Shown here piece after piece: positions 47,961 to 60,128 of a stretch of 64,000 nt of DNA. Position numbers and translations under genes: made by a program. The notes beneath the pieces were generated by a model, which saw nothing but the letters and a program-made list of their open reading frames with translations, did no database searches and was not told the origin of the DNA. Position 1 is the stretch's first letter; every line of letters begins with the position of its first letter. Source of the stretch: Hypanus sabinus (taxonomy: Eukaryota); NCBI RefSeq assembly GCF_030144855.1, contig NC_082722.1, positions 53,258,001 through 53,322,000 of the forward strand, given 5' to 3'.

Positions 47961-50488
47961 TTCTACATAGAAAAGTAAAACATTTTTGTTACGTTCCTGT
48001 GCTGTTTATTCTATTTCCTTGCTGGAAAAACTAATCAAATACTATGCTGCAAGCATTGCATATGACTAACTTTGTCACCTTTTCTAACTCTGCTGAACCA
48101 TTTTTGCCTTTAAACATGCTTATTATCACCATCCTCTTCAGTCTTTGCCACATTGCTCTAAGTTTAACAATATTCATAATAGCAGCAAATTCTTCACCCT
48201 CCCACGAATTTTACCCACTTTTGGAGGACGAAATGTATGCTACCACCCTTTTAAACATTCTAAAGTACACAGAAAGCACAAAGTTGCAATTATACAGAAA
48301 AATACAAAATGGGAGAAGGGAAAAAAAAGTCCATGCACCTTCCCAGATTACAGTGGGGTACAGTTCCTTGAAATGTTACAAGTCTGAGATGAAGCCACAA
48401 ACGAATTCCTCACACAGACAGGATGCCTACAGTCCCATAGCAGTCAGCAAATCAATCCCACTGGCCTCCACTTATTTACACGGCTGAATAAACTGGGCGT
48501 TCATAAGCTGAGGAAGACGTACAATTTTAATCATGCAGGTGTCTATTTTATCTACCTTCATCTTGGGATCCACTTGTATTTCCACAATCTACTGAATCTA
48601 TTATTAAGCACTAACAATGTCACTATTTCAAACACTAACTCTTATTCTGCATTCAACAATGTTATTGGCATCTGTGCTATTGATTGCATGATTTTAACTA
48701 CTATTGCCACCAATAATGATTCCAGCTAAGATCCTGTCTGAGCAGCACATTGGACTAGTGGTAGGATACAACTTTTTTAATGATCGCTTTGTCTTTAGTC
48801 AATCAAGGTTGATGCAAATTTTCTGCTCGCTGTAATTTAGTAACATCAATGTCTAACCAATAATTTAATACAATTTAAATTCCTTGGAATTACATTGTGA
48901 AGTTAGGGCATATGCCAGAAACCAATCTTTGAAAGGCATTTCTATGGCAGGTGGTAAAGGAACTAATAGCAAAGCCTCTGCCACCCAATTTCATCAAATT
49001 ACTTATCAATTGATTGTTCATATAAATGATAAATGTGCTTGCCATGCAATCCCTTTGAAAACAATAACATGATGATACAACAGCCTATCAAATAATTCCC
49101 GAAGAGCTATTACATATACAAGGCAATTTCTGTTTATGATGGCCCATGTTGTGTAGTCACCAGACACACACTGAAGCTAGTGGATACAGAAGTGTTTTAT
49201 TCAACAAAATCGAGCAGCAAACACTGTTGGAAGAGGAGGCTTGTTCAACCAATATTATATGACATTTTACATGCTAAAGATCAAAGGTAAAAACTGGACA
49301 ATTCTATATAGTTACAATGTATGTACAATGCTTCTTTTCAGTTTCATATAGTTTTCATACACCTTCTTTACACCCATACTCCAGACACCCAAAATTAATG
49401 CTAATCAGCAATGTCTGGTTTTGAATCAACTGGCGTCCACAGCTCCAGGTAAACCATTGTTCAGGGCTGCATTTTAAACTTAATCTACAATCCATGTTCA
49501 TGTCTGAAGAATGGCTGCCGTTGAACTTAGTATTTGCTTTATACCCTAACTCCAGAAAACAGCCCACAGCTCCACGTGAATGATTAAGGGATTTAGTGCT
49601 TTGCTGTCTTCAAGGGACTTCAGTGAGGTCTGGAGCAGTGTGCGAACTGCAGATGGGGCACAACCCCGCAATCAATTCCATTGCTTCTCTTTGATTGAGG
49701 CATCAAGCTGACGAGGAGAATGGAGGATGGGTGGATGTTTGGTACTGCCTGCCTGCATTTGGCCAGTCTTCCTCTTGCTCTTGCTGGTTGCTGTCAGGGG
49801 AAAGTGCAGGATCCACATTGCGCGGATTTATCAGCGAGGCTATGGTCTTGTTTTGGGAGACTTTGAGCTTCATGTTGCACGTGTTTCTGGATTTTGGTTA
49901 CCGTTTTTTTTTGCCATTTTCAAATGGTTTGATTGGGGCAACTGACGCAGACTTGGGCGCCTTCAGTGAATGAATGGCCCTGCAGTGCAGCACTCAGTTG
50001 AACGAGACAGAATGCTACTGAACTCCTGGTTTGATGTTTGATATTCTGTGTTGCTCGCTTGCTCTTTGCACAATTTGTTCTCTTTTCGCATGTTGGGTGC
50101 CTAATGTTTTCTTGAATGGGTTCCATGGCATTTCTTTGTTTCGTGGCCGCCCACAGAGGCACAGAGGGGATGGGGGGGGGGGGAGAGAGACACAAATCTC
50201 AGAGTTGCATGCTTGATAAATGCATGCTTGAAAAAATACCCAGTATGGACAGTTAACCATGTGCATCCACATGGCTTAGTGGATGTACATGATATCAGAT
50301 GTCTACAAGATGCACAGATGACTTCTGACCACTAAACTCTATATCAGAACAAAGTAGCTCTTTCTCTTTATAACTGCATAACCACCATACAACTTTAGCC
50401 ACTGTTATTACAAAGGTGGGGAAAACAGCAAAGTCCTACAAGCAGGAATGAAATACCTTTCCCGTAAACTAAGATTACAAAAGTAGTT

Positions 50489-50611
50489 TGTAATCTTCTG
50501 ATGAAGATTACAAATCTCCTCCTGATGAAGGGTTTCGGCCTGAAATGTCGTCACTACCTCCTCCCACAGATGCTATCTGGCCTGCTGAGTTCTGCCAGCA
50601 TTTTGTGTTTT
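50489..50611 (+). mobile_element. Short Penelope-like terminal insertion, intact CTGATGA...GAAA core, 14-bp TSD
   Basis: TSD ttacaaaagtagtt 50475-50488 / 50612-50625. Confidence 0.7.
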
Positions 50612-51299
50612 TTACAAAAGTAGTTGTAATTTTTGTAATGCTGGCAACTTGAAATACAAAATAAAGACCACCAGATCAGCCACTGTCTGTGGAAGGTTCT
50701 GCAGTTAAAACTTTTATTAGAACTGGAGAAGTTTTCAGGTGAAAACAAGTGGGAGAGGTGAAAAGAATACAGGAATATCCGCGATAGAGTGGGAACCAAA
50801 ATCTGGATGACGTCATCTAAGGTGAACGCTTACTAATGATGACCTTGCATTACAATTGGCATGTTTCAAACAAATAGGATGACTGATTATATCAAAATGC
50901 TGAATTCAATATTGAGCTCCAAAAGCTGAAAGCATGCCTGGACAGTGCTACTCCTCACAATATTAGCTTCATCCCCATCTACAACTTTACATCTCATTTT
51001 AAAGGCTGTGCCAAGCTATATTTTGTGCTCAGGTCTCTTTGATGAAAGAAACGCGTACACAAAGCTCCCTACCGTTAGAAATTTACCATTATAAGTAAAC
51101 AATTCTGCGAAGTCTCAACTTAAAACCTCCACTTTAAAGACAATCTCTACTCTAACAAAGGAATGAGAAGTTTCGCAAGCTGAATCGGGACAAACACCAA
51201 ATCGAGCTTCAAAGTTGGATTGTTTACTCTCGTAAGTTTATCACTTATTCTGGAAGAGTGAAACATCAAACTCGGCGCAATGTTCAAACTTTACACAAA

Positions 51300-51760
51300 A
51301 GCGATAGGCTTCCTTGATTTCCGATGTTAGGCCTCAGAGGCCATGGAAGTACCGAAACACGGAAGTGGGTTCAGAAACATAAACAAACCGCAGTCAATAA
51401 AGCCGTCGAAAATGCGCTATCGGGGCCCAGTGCCCTTTTAATCGGGTCAGGGAACGGCATCGTACGCGGGTACTGAGACCCCCGCATCCCCTCACCGCCA
51501 TGCCAGTCTCACCTCTCCGTCTCGGCGATACGATACCGCCGCCGCCGAAACTCCCGGTGACGTCACCTGTCACAGGCGCACTCAGCGGAAATGACGTCCG
51601 GAATCCCGTGACAGCGCCGGATTATTGTTGTTGCTAGGACACCAGCAATTGTCAAAGATCAGCATTTGTGGAGATTCCGCTTTGTTTTTTGTAAGTCTCG
51701 ACTGGAGCGAACATTGTCGCGTAACAGCATTGATTTGGTCGAGTAGGAGAAGAGCGTGAA
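51300..51760 (-). promoter_or_regulatory. IST1: IST1 CpG-island promoter and probable non-coding exon 1 (donor GAG|gtgaga, exon ending 51513)
   Basis: Sharp CpG enrichment; palindromic CRE GGTGACGTCACC 51556-51567; ETS-CRE-like GCGGAAATGACGTC 51585-51598; ETS CGGAAGTG at 51360. Confidence 0.75.
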
Positions 51761-51809
51761 TGAAATATGATGCACCACACCAAATAACTTCCTAGTTACC
51801 CGTTTTACC

Positions 51810-51985
51810 TTTCGGGCCGAGACCTTTCATCAGGACCGGGGAAAAAAAGATGAGACGATCCTGATGAAGGGTTCCTGCCTGAAACGTCGACTGTTTCCAT
51901 AGGTGCTGCCTGGTCTGCTGAGTTTCTCCAGCATTTTGTCTGTGTTGCCTTGGATTTTCAACATCCGCAGATTTTCTCTTGTTTG
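51810..51985. mobile_element. Inverted Penelope-like terminal pair upstream of the IST1 promoter
   Basis: Minus-strand partial terminus 51810-51855 joined to plus-strand terminus 51856-51985. Confidence 0.7.
51856..51893 (+). ncRNA. Minimal type I hammerhead ribozyme motif (Penelope-associated), best-preserved copy
   Basis: CGATC-CTGATGA-AGG GTTCCTG CCT-GAAA-CG-TC-GACTG: complete core, helix II, palindromic ACGT in place of helix III, 4/5-paired helix I; predicted cleavage after 51888. Confidence 0.6.
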
Positions 51986-52669
51986 AAATTCTTGAAAACC
52001 CCTTGCTGAAATTTTGAAGTGGAATTTAAAGTGGAATCATTTAGTTTTCCTGGTTAAACCGCAAGTCCAGAAATTGTCTACAACCCTGTCACCTTACTTT
52101 CATGGGGAAGTTCTCAAGAAACACATGGAGTCAAAATTCACTTACAAAATTCATGTCGAAATCGCTCTAATTGAGCAAAAAGTTCATTGGAATTGAAATT
52201 GCACCCCAGCTGAGCTGGTAAGTCCAAATAGTCCACATATTGGTTTGAAATATGGAAATAAATGGGTTTGACTGGGAATCCACGTGGTCTTTCTTTTTCC
52301 AATATTTCAACTCCTGCCAAAGTATTCACCCAAATTAACACTTGCCTCACAATAATATTTCAAGAGCAATTAAACATGTACTTGAAGAAGTCAATCTGCA
52401 AACTTAAGGGCAGAAAAACTGGGCTCTGGCGCTTATTTGATTGCTCTTTCACAGAGCCTGGACAAACAGAACAGACCAAATAGCTAATATTATTCTACAT
52501 ATTTATATTATTCATTGTGCTGCTCTTAAGATTCCATTCCACTCTCAATTTAACCTTTGCCCTTATGATTTTTATGCTACTTTGAATCTGAAGTAACACT
52601 CAATTCATTCTCATTTACATTTGTGTACTAAGGAATGACAAACAACTTTGAATATTGAGGAGGGTGATA

Positions 52670-54650
52670 GATTTCCAAGTCACACTGATCTACAGCTTGG
52701 AGGAAGGAGTACATGAAAGTGGGGGTGGTGCCATGCACCTTCTGTCTGTGTCCCTGGTAGTAGAGGTAGTGAGTTTTGAGCGGTTCAAATAGCATGGGTG
52801 AGTAATTGCAATGTGCTTTGTAGATGGTTCACACTGCAGCCACTGTGCTGCAGTTATAGAGAGAATGGATATAGAGAGGGTGGATCATGGGATTACAGTC
52901 AACCTGGCTGCCCTGTTGTAAATGTTGAACATCTTGAGAGTTGTTGGTGCTGCACTCACCAAGGCAAAGGGGGAGTTTCAATCAGGTCCTGACTTGTGAT
53001 TCCAGATGTAGATCATTCATAATAGCATTCCCAACCTCTGACCTGCTCTTGCTGCCACGGTATTTATGAGATGGGTCCAGCTGAGGATGTTGATTGTGGG
53101 GTCCCAGTGACAGCAATGCCATTGAATGTCGTGGTCACTACCAGGCAGCTTTCTGTACAAATGTTATTTGTCATTGACTGTTGTCCAGTTTGAGCTGTAT
53201 GCAGGCAGGGACTGATTCATTTGTCGAGACAATTGAAAATTGTGCCCTCATCAGCAAACGTGCACTTTTAGCCTTATTATAGAATGAACATCATTATATG
53301 AAGCAACTGAAGATGATTAGATAGAACTTCTAAAATGTTTTAGGGTTGGCTTAATCCTAATTTACCTTTATGAAAAGGATGATTCCAACTCCTGGAATGG
53401 TTTTCCTTTAAAGCACATTGACATGTTTTACATGATGTCATGCTAAATCAATTGTTGCACTTATGTCAAGGTCAGTCACTCACACACTAGCAAACTCCAA
53501 AAGGAGCATCAGTGAATATGTTGTTGATGAGTAAGAGCCAGTTGACAGCACTTTAAATGACAGCTTCCATCACTCTGCAGGTGACTGACAGTAGACTGAT
53601 TCGCAGCACTGGATCTTACTGGGTCTTTCTTTTTTTCTGAACAGGACATGTCTGTGCAAATTTCCACTTTGTGGGTAGATTCAGGTTGTTCATTGTAGTG
53701 GAACCAACTTTAGTTTGTTCTGCAATCCAGGTCTTTAGCAATACAGTTGTGATGCTGTCTGTTCTCGTAACCTTTGCAGTATCCGGTTCTGTCAGCCTTG
53801 TTTAGATATTATGTGGAGTAAATTGAACTAGCTATGGTGGTGGAGATTTCAAAGAGAAGCTAAACTGCATCACCTCTTTAACACCTATAGAAGAACATGA
53901 TTGTAAATACTTCGCTCTTCAGCATTTACAGTGCTGGTCCCCACTCACTGAGAAGGAAAATGTTTTTGTACTTACTCCTTCCATTTGATTGTCCATACCA
54001 TTCTATAGGACTACAGAGCTTTGACCTGATGCATTTCTTTTGAGATCACTTAGCTCTGCCTATGCTTTATCTATTTATCACTCAATAACCCTTTATTGCA
54101 GCTTCACTGGGCTGGCAGTTCAGCAAGTTAAGTATGCCTGCTGCACATCTTGGCTTGCCTTTCTGCATTCCTCTTGAAGGATTGATTCCCTAGCTTGACT
54201 GTAACGTTGAGATGAGGGCTAAACAGGGGCATGAGGTTACAGATTGCAGTGGCATACTTTTTGTACTGCCAAAAATGATCCATAGAATCTCATACGCAAC
54301 TTAGAACTGGCAAATTTGTACTCAGCCTATCCCATTTAGCATGTTTGTAGTGCCACACAATGCAATAGAGTGTATCTTCAGTGAGTTCACTTCTGTCAGT
54401 GCTATCACGGGCAGACACACTTGCCACAGATAAATTGCTGAAGCTGAATTTAAGCAGGTTCACTCACTACCTGTACAAACTCAGCCTGCTAGCTAGATCC
54501 TTCAGGAAATAAGCCAGTTAGATCTATGGTGTTATTAGCAAGCCATTCCTGGTGATGAACATTGAGATCCCTCATCAAAAATACACTCTGTGGCTTTGTT
54601 GCTGTCAGTGCATCTTGCAAATGTTATTGAACATCTTGAAGACTAATTGA
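52670..54650 (-). mobile_element. Old, heavily decayed LINE (CR1/L2 group)
   Basis: Scattered degenerate RT-like segments; no intact ORF. Confidence 0.4.
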
Positions 54651-54689
54651 TCAGCAGAGGGAGGACTCTGTGCATAATTATGAGGAGGT

Positions 54690-55150
54690 CTCATAAATCT
54701 AGCAGATCTCTACAGATATATGGTGGTGAAGCATTCTAACTGTTTTGGTATGGATGCTCAAATACACAGGATCGAAAAAGCTATGGAGCCAGCTCCATTA
54801 TAGGCACTAGCATCCCCACTGCAGACGGCATCTGCAAAGACAATGTCTCCAAAAGGCAGCATCCATCATTAAGGGCCTTCAGCATTCAGGACATATCCTC
54901 TTGTCATTACTTCCACCAGGGAGGAAATGGAGGAGACTTGAGACACACATTCAATGTTTTAAGAACAACTTCTTTCCCTCCTCCATCAGATTTCTGAATA
55001 GTCCATAAACCTATAGACACTACCTCTCTATTTTGCACTCTTTTCACATTATTTATTTATTTATTGTAATACATAGTATTTTTATATATTGCGTTGTATT
55101 GCTACTGCAGAATAGTAAACCCCACAACGTGTTGAAGATAATAAACTTGA
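54690..55150 (+). mobile_element. Rex1/Babar-type LINE 3' fragment
   Basis: Same family as 12800-13462. Confidence 0.65.
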
Positions 55151-55619
55151 TCTTGATTAAGATGGATTTGGTCGGATTCCAAATTTGTTCAAGTTCTTGC
55201 CTTAGGCCAGTGAAGTGTAGATCAATCTGAGTTTGGTTATTTGATAATAACTGGACCAGCTTAGTCAGTTCAAATTGGTCAAAACATTTCAAAAATATCA
55301 TGGATTCAAATGCCAATTTGGGTTGTAATCTCGGCTGCCATTGTAATACTGTATAATTATGAGGAGGTCTCATAAAACATAGCAAATTTCTACAGATGTA
55401 TTGTGGTGAGCATTCTGATTGGTTTCTGCAATGGTGAAATTCAATTTTACTTTTGAACAATTCAAAGATTAGTGAAATACAAAGTTAGGTGGCATCTTCA
55501 CTGTGAGTGCATCCAACCAATGCCTATTTCATTGGAACAAGTTTTAGCAGGGCCACTCAGCAGACATTTAGGTAATGCGGTTGGGGGGATAGATAACAGG
55601 AAATAACTGCAAACAGAAT

Positions 55620-56800
55620 ACTGTTAAATTGATCATTTTCAGTTTGGTGGGATGCCACAGTGTTCATTACTGAGCCCTCATCTATTCAATCTATAATAAT
55701 GACAGCCAAGGAGATCATACATCATATCTATATTTGCTGACAATAGAAACAGAAATGGGAAATGGGGTCATGAGGAGGACTCAATGAGTCTGCGAAAGGA
55801 TATAAACAAGTTCAAAGTCAAATTAAAATTTATCATCAAAGTACATACATGTCACCACATACAACCCTGAAATTCTTTTTCTGTGGCCAAACTTAACAAA
55901 TCTAGCTGTAAACAGGATTAATGGACTGCAAACTGTGCAAATGCAGATGTAAATAAATAGCATCTATAATGTATAAATGAGTGTGCAAAGATTTAGCAGA
56001 TGGGGTATAATACAGGGAAATGTGAGGCTATCCACTTTAATAAAAAGAGTCAAAAACATAAGATTCAGGGGAGAGATGATCATAGTGGATGCTGAGAAGA
56101 CGTTGACCCTACAGCAGAATCTAAAACAAGGAGGAATTATTTAAAAATAAAGTACTGTATCAATTATCAAAGGTGGAAAGTTGAAAGAATTACTTCTTTC
56201 TCAGCATTGTGAATCTTTAGTATTTTCTACACCAGAGAGCAGACTGAGTTATTTAAGGATTTAAGTCATTTATGGCTAAGACAAACAGAGATTTGATTCT
56301 CAAGGTCAGGGTGAATCGGGAGCAAAATGTACCTGAGGCCAAGATCAGATCATTTATTATTTTATTAATTGGCGGAGGAGATTTGAAGAGCCCAATGGCC
56401 TACGGGGGGGGGGGGGGAATCTTATAGAAACGTATAAAATTCTAAAGGGATTGGACAGGCTAGATGCAGGAAGATTGTTTCCGATGTTGGGGGAGTCCAG
56501 AATGAGGGTGACAGTTTAAGGATAAAGGGGAAGCCTTTTAGGACCGAGATGAGGAAAAATCTCTTCACACAGAGAGTGGTGAATCTGTGGAATTCTCTGC
56601 CACGGTAAACAGTTGAGGCCAGTTCATTGGCTATATTTAAGAGGAGGTTAGATATGGCCCTTGTGGCTAAAGGGATCGGGGGTATGGAGAGAAAGCAGGT
56701 ACAGGGTTCTGAGTTGGATGATCAAATACGATCATACTGAATGGCGGTGCAGGCTCGAAGGGCTGAATGGCCTACTCCTGCACCTGTTTTCTATGTTTCT
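55620..56800 (+). mobile_element. Old CR1 fragments plus a younger CR1 3' end (56418-56800)
   Basis: LIETYKILKGLDRLDAGRLFPMLG...FTQRVVNLWNSLP; (TTCTATG) tail. Confidence 0.75.
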
Positions 56801-58037
56801 ATAATTCAAAACATCTCTAAGAAAGAAAACTTTTTTATTTGTTCCTGTAAGAGTCATGGCCATGCAAGACTCTTCAACGGATCCAACAGTAATTCTTTCC
56901 CATTAACCGATGAATATTGTGGTGTAAATTTAAAGATAATAATAACTGCTCAATATTGATTCTGTCTTAATTATAAATTATGTCATAGTTAATGGCTATG
57001 AACTTGCAATGGTAACATTATGGTTAAAAGGATGTAATAAATTATTAATACTGAATCACCCCTGTAACTTAATGTTTATATTTGTTTTAGTGGAGGATCA
57101 TAGGAAGGACTAATATTCAAATCATACATTGAGCAGGTACCTTATTGGAAACAAGTTATAGAAGGAACATTATCACATAATTCAGTATTAGAAAAATCCA
57201 GTATGAATTGATATTCAAACCAGGAATGTTTTAATAAAAAATGAGTTTCATCTACAGGTTTGAATGGTACCACATCTAAACTTCAGTGAGTATTTGCTAC
57301 AAATGACACATCACGTGAAGCAAGTGAGCAATTGGGAACCTGGCCAGCCACATGCATGTCCTTGGGAAGCTGGCTGCAGACAAAATTGGGAAGATAAGAA
57401 CTGCACCTTGACAAATTCATCCTGTTCATATCTATAGGAGTACTCTAAAATCATATTTCTACACCTCTTCCCTTACTGGCATTAAAAATATTCTTCCAGC
57501 TTCAAGTACCACATATACTACAACTACTATACAATTGTTCTATAGATTTTCTAAGTACGCACACAGAAGAAGAATCTCAGAGTTGTATGTGGTGACATGT
57601 ATGTACTCTGATTATAAATTTTACTTTGAAACTTGAATTGAAACTACATGTAGCTGCACCGAAATGTTTGTGTTTCTGTTAAACATGGTTCTATAATCTT
57701 GTTTACTCTTTGGTTAAACTACTGATATGTTGGGATAGTACATCACTTACACAGTTTCTGGTGTGTATGCTAACACTGTTGAAAAAGCCAGAAAATCTCT
57801 TTTTCTAGAAGGCAACAGTCTTCAGTGAAAGCAAGTAATTTATTTCTATGTTGTCATTTTGTAATGTTATTAAACATTTAAGTTTCCGGTATAAAAAATT
57901 CAACACTTCCATTAATTATTGGTGCTGCAGTAGTTCATAATGTGCTTATATTATTTAAGACATTTGCTCAAATGGAAATTAAACAGTAATCTTCAGTTAC
58001 GTTAGTGCTACACCAACCAGATTGGCGGTCCAGAATA

Positions 58038-58869
58038 CAGTGGATTCTGGTTAATTGGGACACATCTGGACCAGTACATTTTGGCCCAATTAAGCAACTA
58101 CCCCAATTAGCTTAAGTTTCATGGAAATAGTTAAATTTTATTTTAAAAAAAGACAAACTACTGTTTAAAGGAGTAACAATTTATGTATTTAATTGAAATA
58201 CAGAACCAATTAGAACATTACCGATACCTTTACAGTACCATAAAACTGTGTATTAGTTTCTAATAGTTATCAACTGAGGAATTTATCTGTCATGTCCTTT
58301 GATTGACTGTAAATGACCAAAATCAATGCAGATACCTGGTGCAGATAATGGACTGCCTTCATACAGTGCTTTAGATGATTGCATCCTCCAAATATTCATT
58401 TTCATTCTAACATTCAAGATGATTGTCAATACCTTCATAATTCCTAACTTATTGAAGTAGTAAAATCATTTCATTTTCACTCCTGGCTGGTTATGGCATC
58501 TCCAAGCCTCCAAGAATGCTCGAAACTGCAGTAAGCAAAACAGCTCTGAATTGTCTTACTACTTATTTCTCGCCAAGTATCAATGAAAAAAATCACAGCT
58601 TTTTGTACAGAACACATGCAATTAATGCTATTTAAAATCTAATCGCTCTAAGCATGGTGTAGTGTCTTAACTGCCACACAAGTGCACATGACAGACGCTA
58701 GTTTGAAACTGTTTGGAAGCAGTCTCCTGCTCCAATTAAGCAGCATAGTGTTCCAAATAAACAAAGCGAATCCTGACTATTTTCTTGATTTAGTTTGTGG
58801 TCCTTAAAAGTTGTTCAACATAAATGGCTGGCCTGATTAACCAATGATCCAGTTAACCTGAATCCACTG
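58038..58869. mobile_element. pogo/Tigger-like non-autonomous transposon (about 830 bp)
   Basis: TA|CAGTGGATTCTGGTTAATTGGG...CCAGTTAACCTGAATCCACTG. Confidence 0.8.
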
Positions 58870-59477
58870 AATATGGTATTAAAATCTATGTTATAACAAC
58901 TTTCGTAGGATCTTACTGTGTGATCTTATTGGAACTTGTTGGTTTGCATAGTTCCTGCATTACAGCAATGATTGTATTTCAAAAGTATTCAGAACATCCA
59001 AAGTTGCAAAAATGGACCATATAAATCCATCTTTTTTTCTTTTTAGTCCTTGGAACACAGGACAAGTATTCCCTTTGGTAAGAGAACTTTCAGTATTTTG
59101 TTCCAAAATGGAAACCTGTCAGCTACATATGGAACATAAAACATTAGAGTTACTTGAAAAAAACACTTTGTAGTTATGTGGTAAAAAAGTTTAATATATA
59201 TTTTAGCTATTATTAAAAATGTAACTTCAAAATTATGCAAATAAATTATGAAGTAAAAGCAAGTTCAGCCTAATTGTGTGCAAGAAGAAAGTGTGATCTC
59301 AAGAGCAAATGATTCAGCACCCACAACATAAACTGATCATCCCTTCAATGTTTAGTTGCACTTTGTATGCCATAGGAGTACAGCCAGAGTAAGGGAGGGT
59401 GGCAAGATGCATGCTGTTGTAATCAACTGATTTCTCTGTCACATCAAAACCACTTCTGAAAGGCACTACAGTATATT

Positions 59478-60128
59478 ATAAGACCATAGACATAAATACA
59501 AAAGTAGGACATTTGGCCCATCGAGTCTGCTCCGCCATTCAATCATTATCCCCTTCTCAGCCCCACTCCCAGCCTTCTTGTAACCTTTGATGCCACGTCC
59601 AAACTTATCAAGCTCTACCTTAAATACACCCAATGATCTGGCCTCCATAGCTGCCTGTGGTAATAAATTCCACAAAATCACCACCATCCAGCTAAAAAAA
59701 ATTCTCCACATCTCTGTTTTAAATGGACACTCCTCAATCCTGAGGCTATGCCACCTTGTACTAAACTCCCCCACCTTGGGAGACATCCTTTCCACATCTA
59801 TTCTAGGCCTTTCAACATTCGAAAAATTTCAATGACATCTCCCCCATTCTTCTAAATTCCAGTGAATACAGACCCAGAGCCATCAAACATTCCTCATGTG
59901 ATAACCCCTTCATTCCCAGCATCATCCTTCTGAACCCTCTCCAATACCAGCACATCTTTTCTTAGATAAGAAGCCCAAAACTGTTCATAATAGTCAAGGT
60001 GAGGCCTCACTAGCACCTTACAAAGCCTCAGCATCACATCCTTGCTCTTATATTCCAGACCGGTTGAAATGAATGCTAACATTCTATTTGCCTTCCTCAC
60101 CACCGACTCTACCTGCAAGTTAACCTTA
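59478..60128 (-). mobile_element. CR1 LINE 3' fragment
   Basis: VVRKANRMLAFIS.GLEYKSKDVMLRLCKVLVRPHLDY motif. Confidence 0.8.

Noticed and set aside
48044-48487. 147-aa plus-strand ORF in IST1 intron 1
   Set aside because: No domain similarity, no splice or promoter context
49147-49568. Possible solo LTR (TG…CA, minus-strand AATAAA)
   Set aside because: No matching TSD and no second copy in the window
57091-57840. Short plus-strand exon-like segments between IST1 and SLC10A3
   Set aside because: The first has stops in all three frames and splice signals are at chance level; a lncRNA cannot be supported from sequence alone
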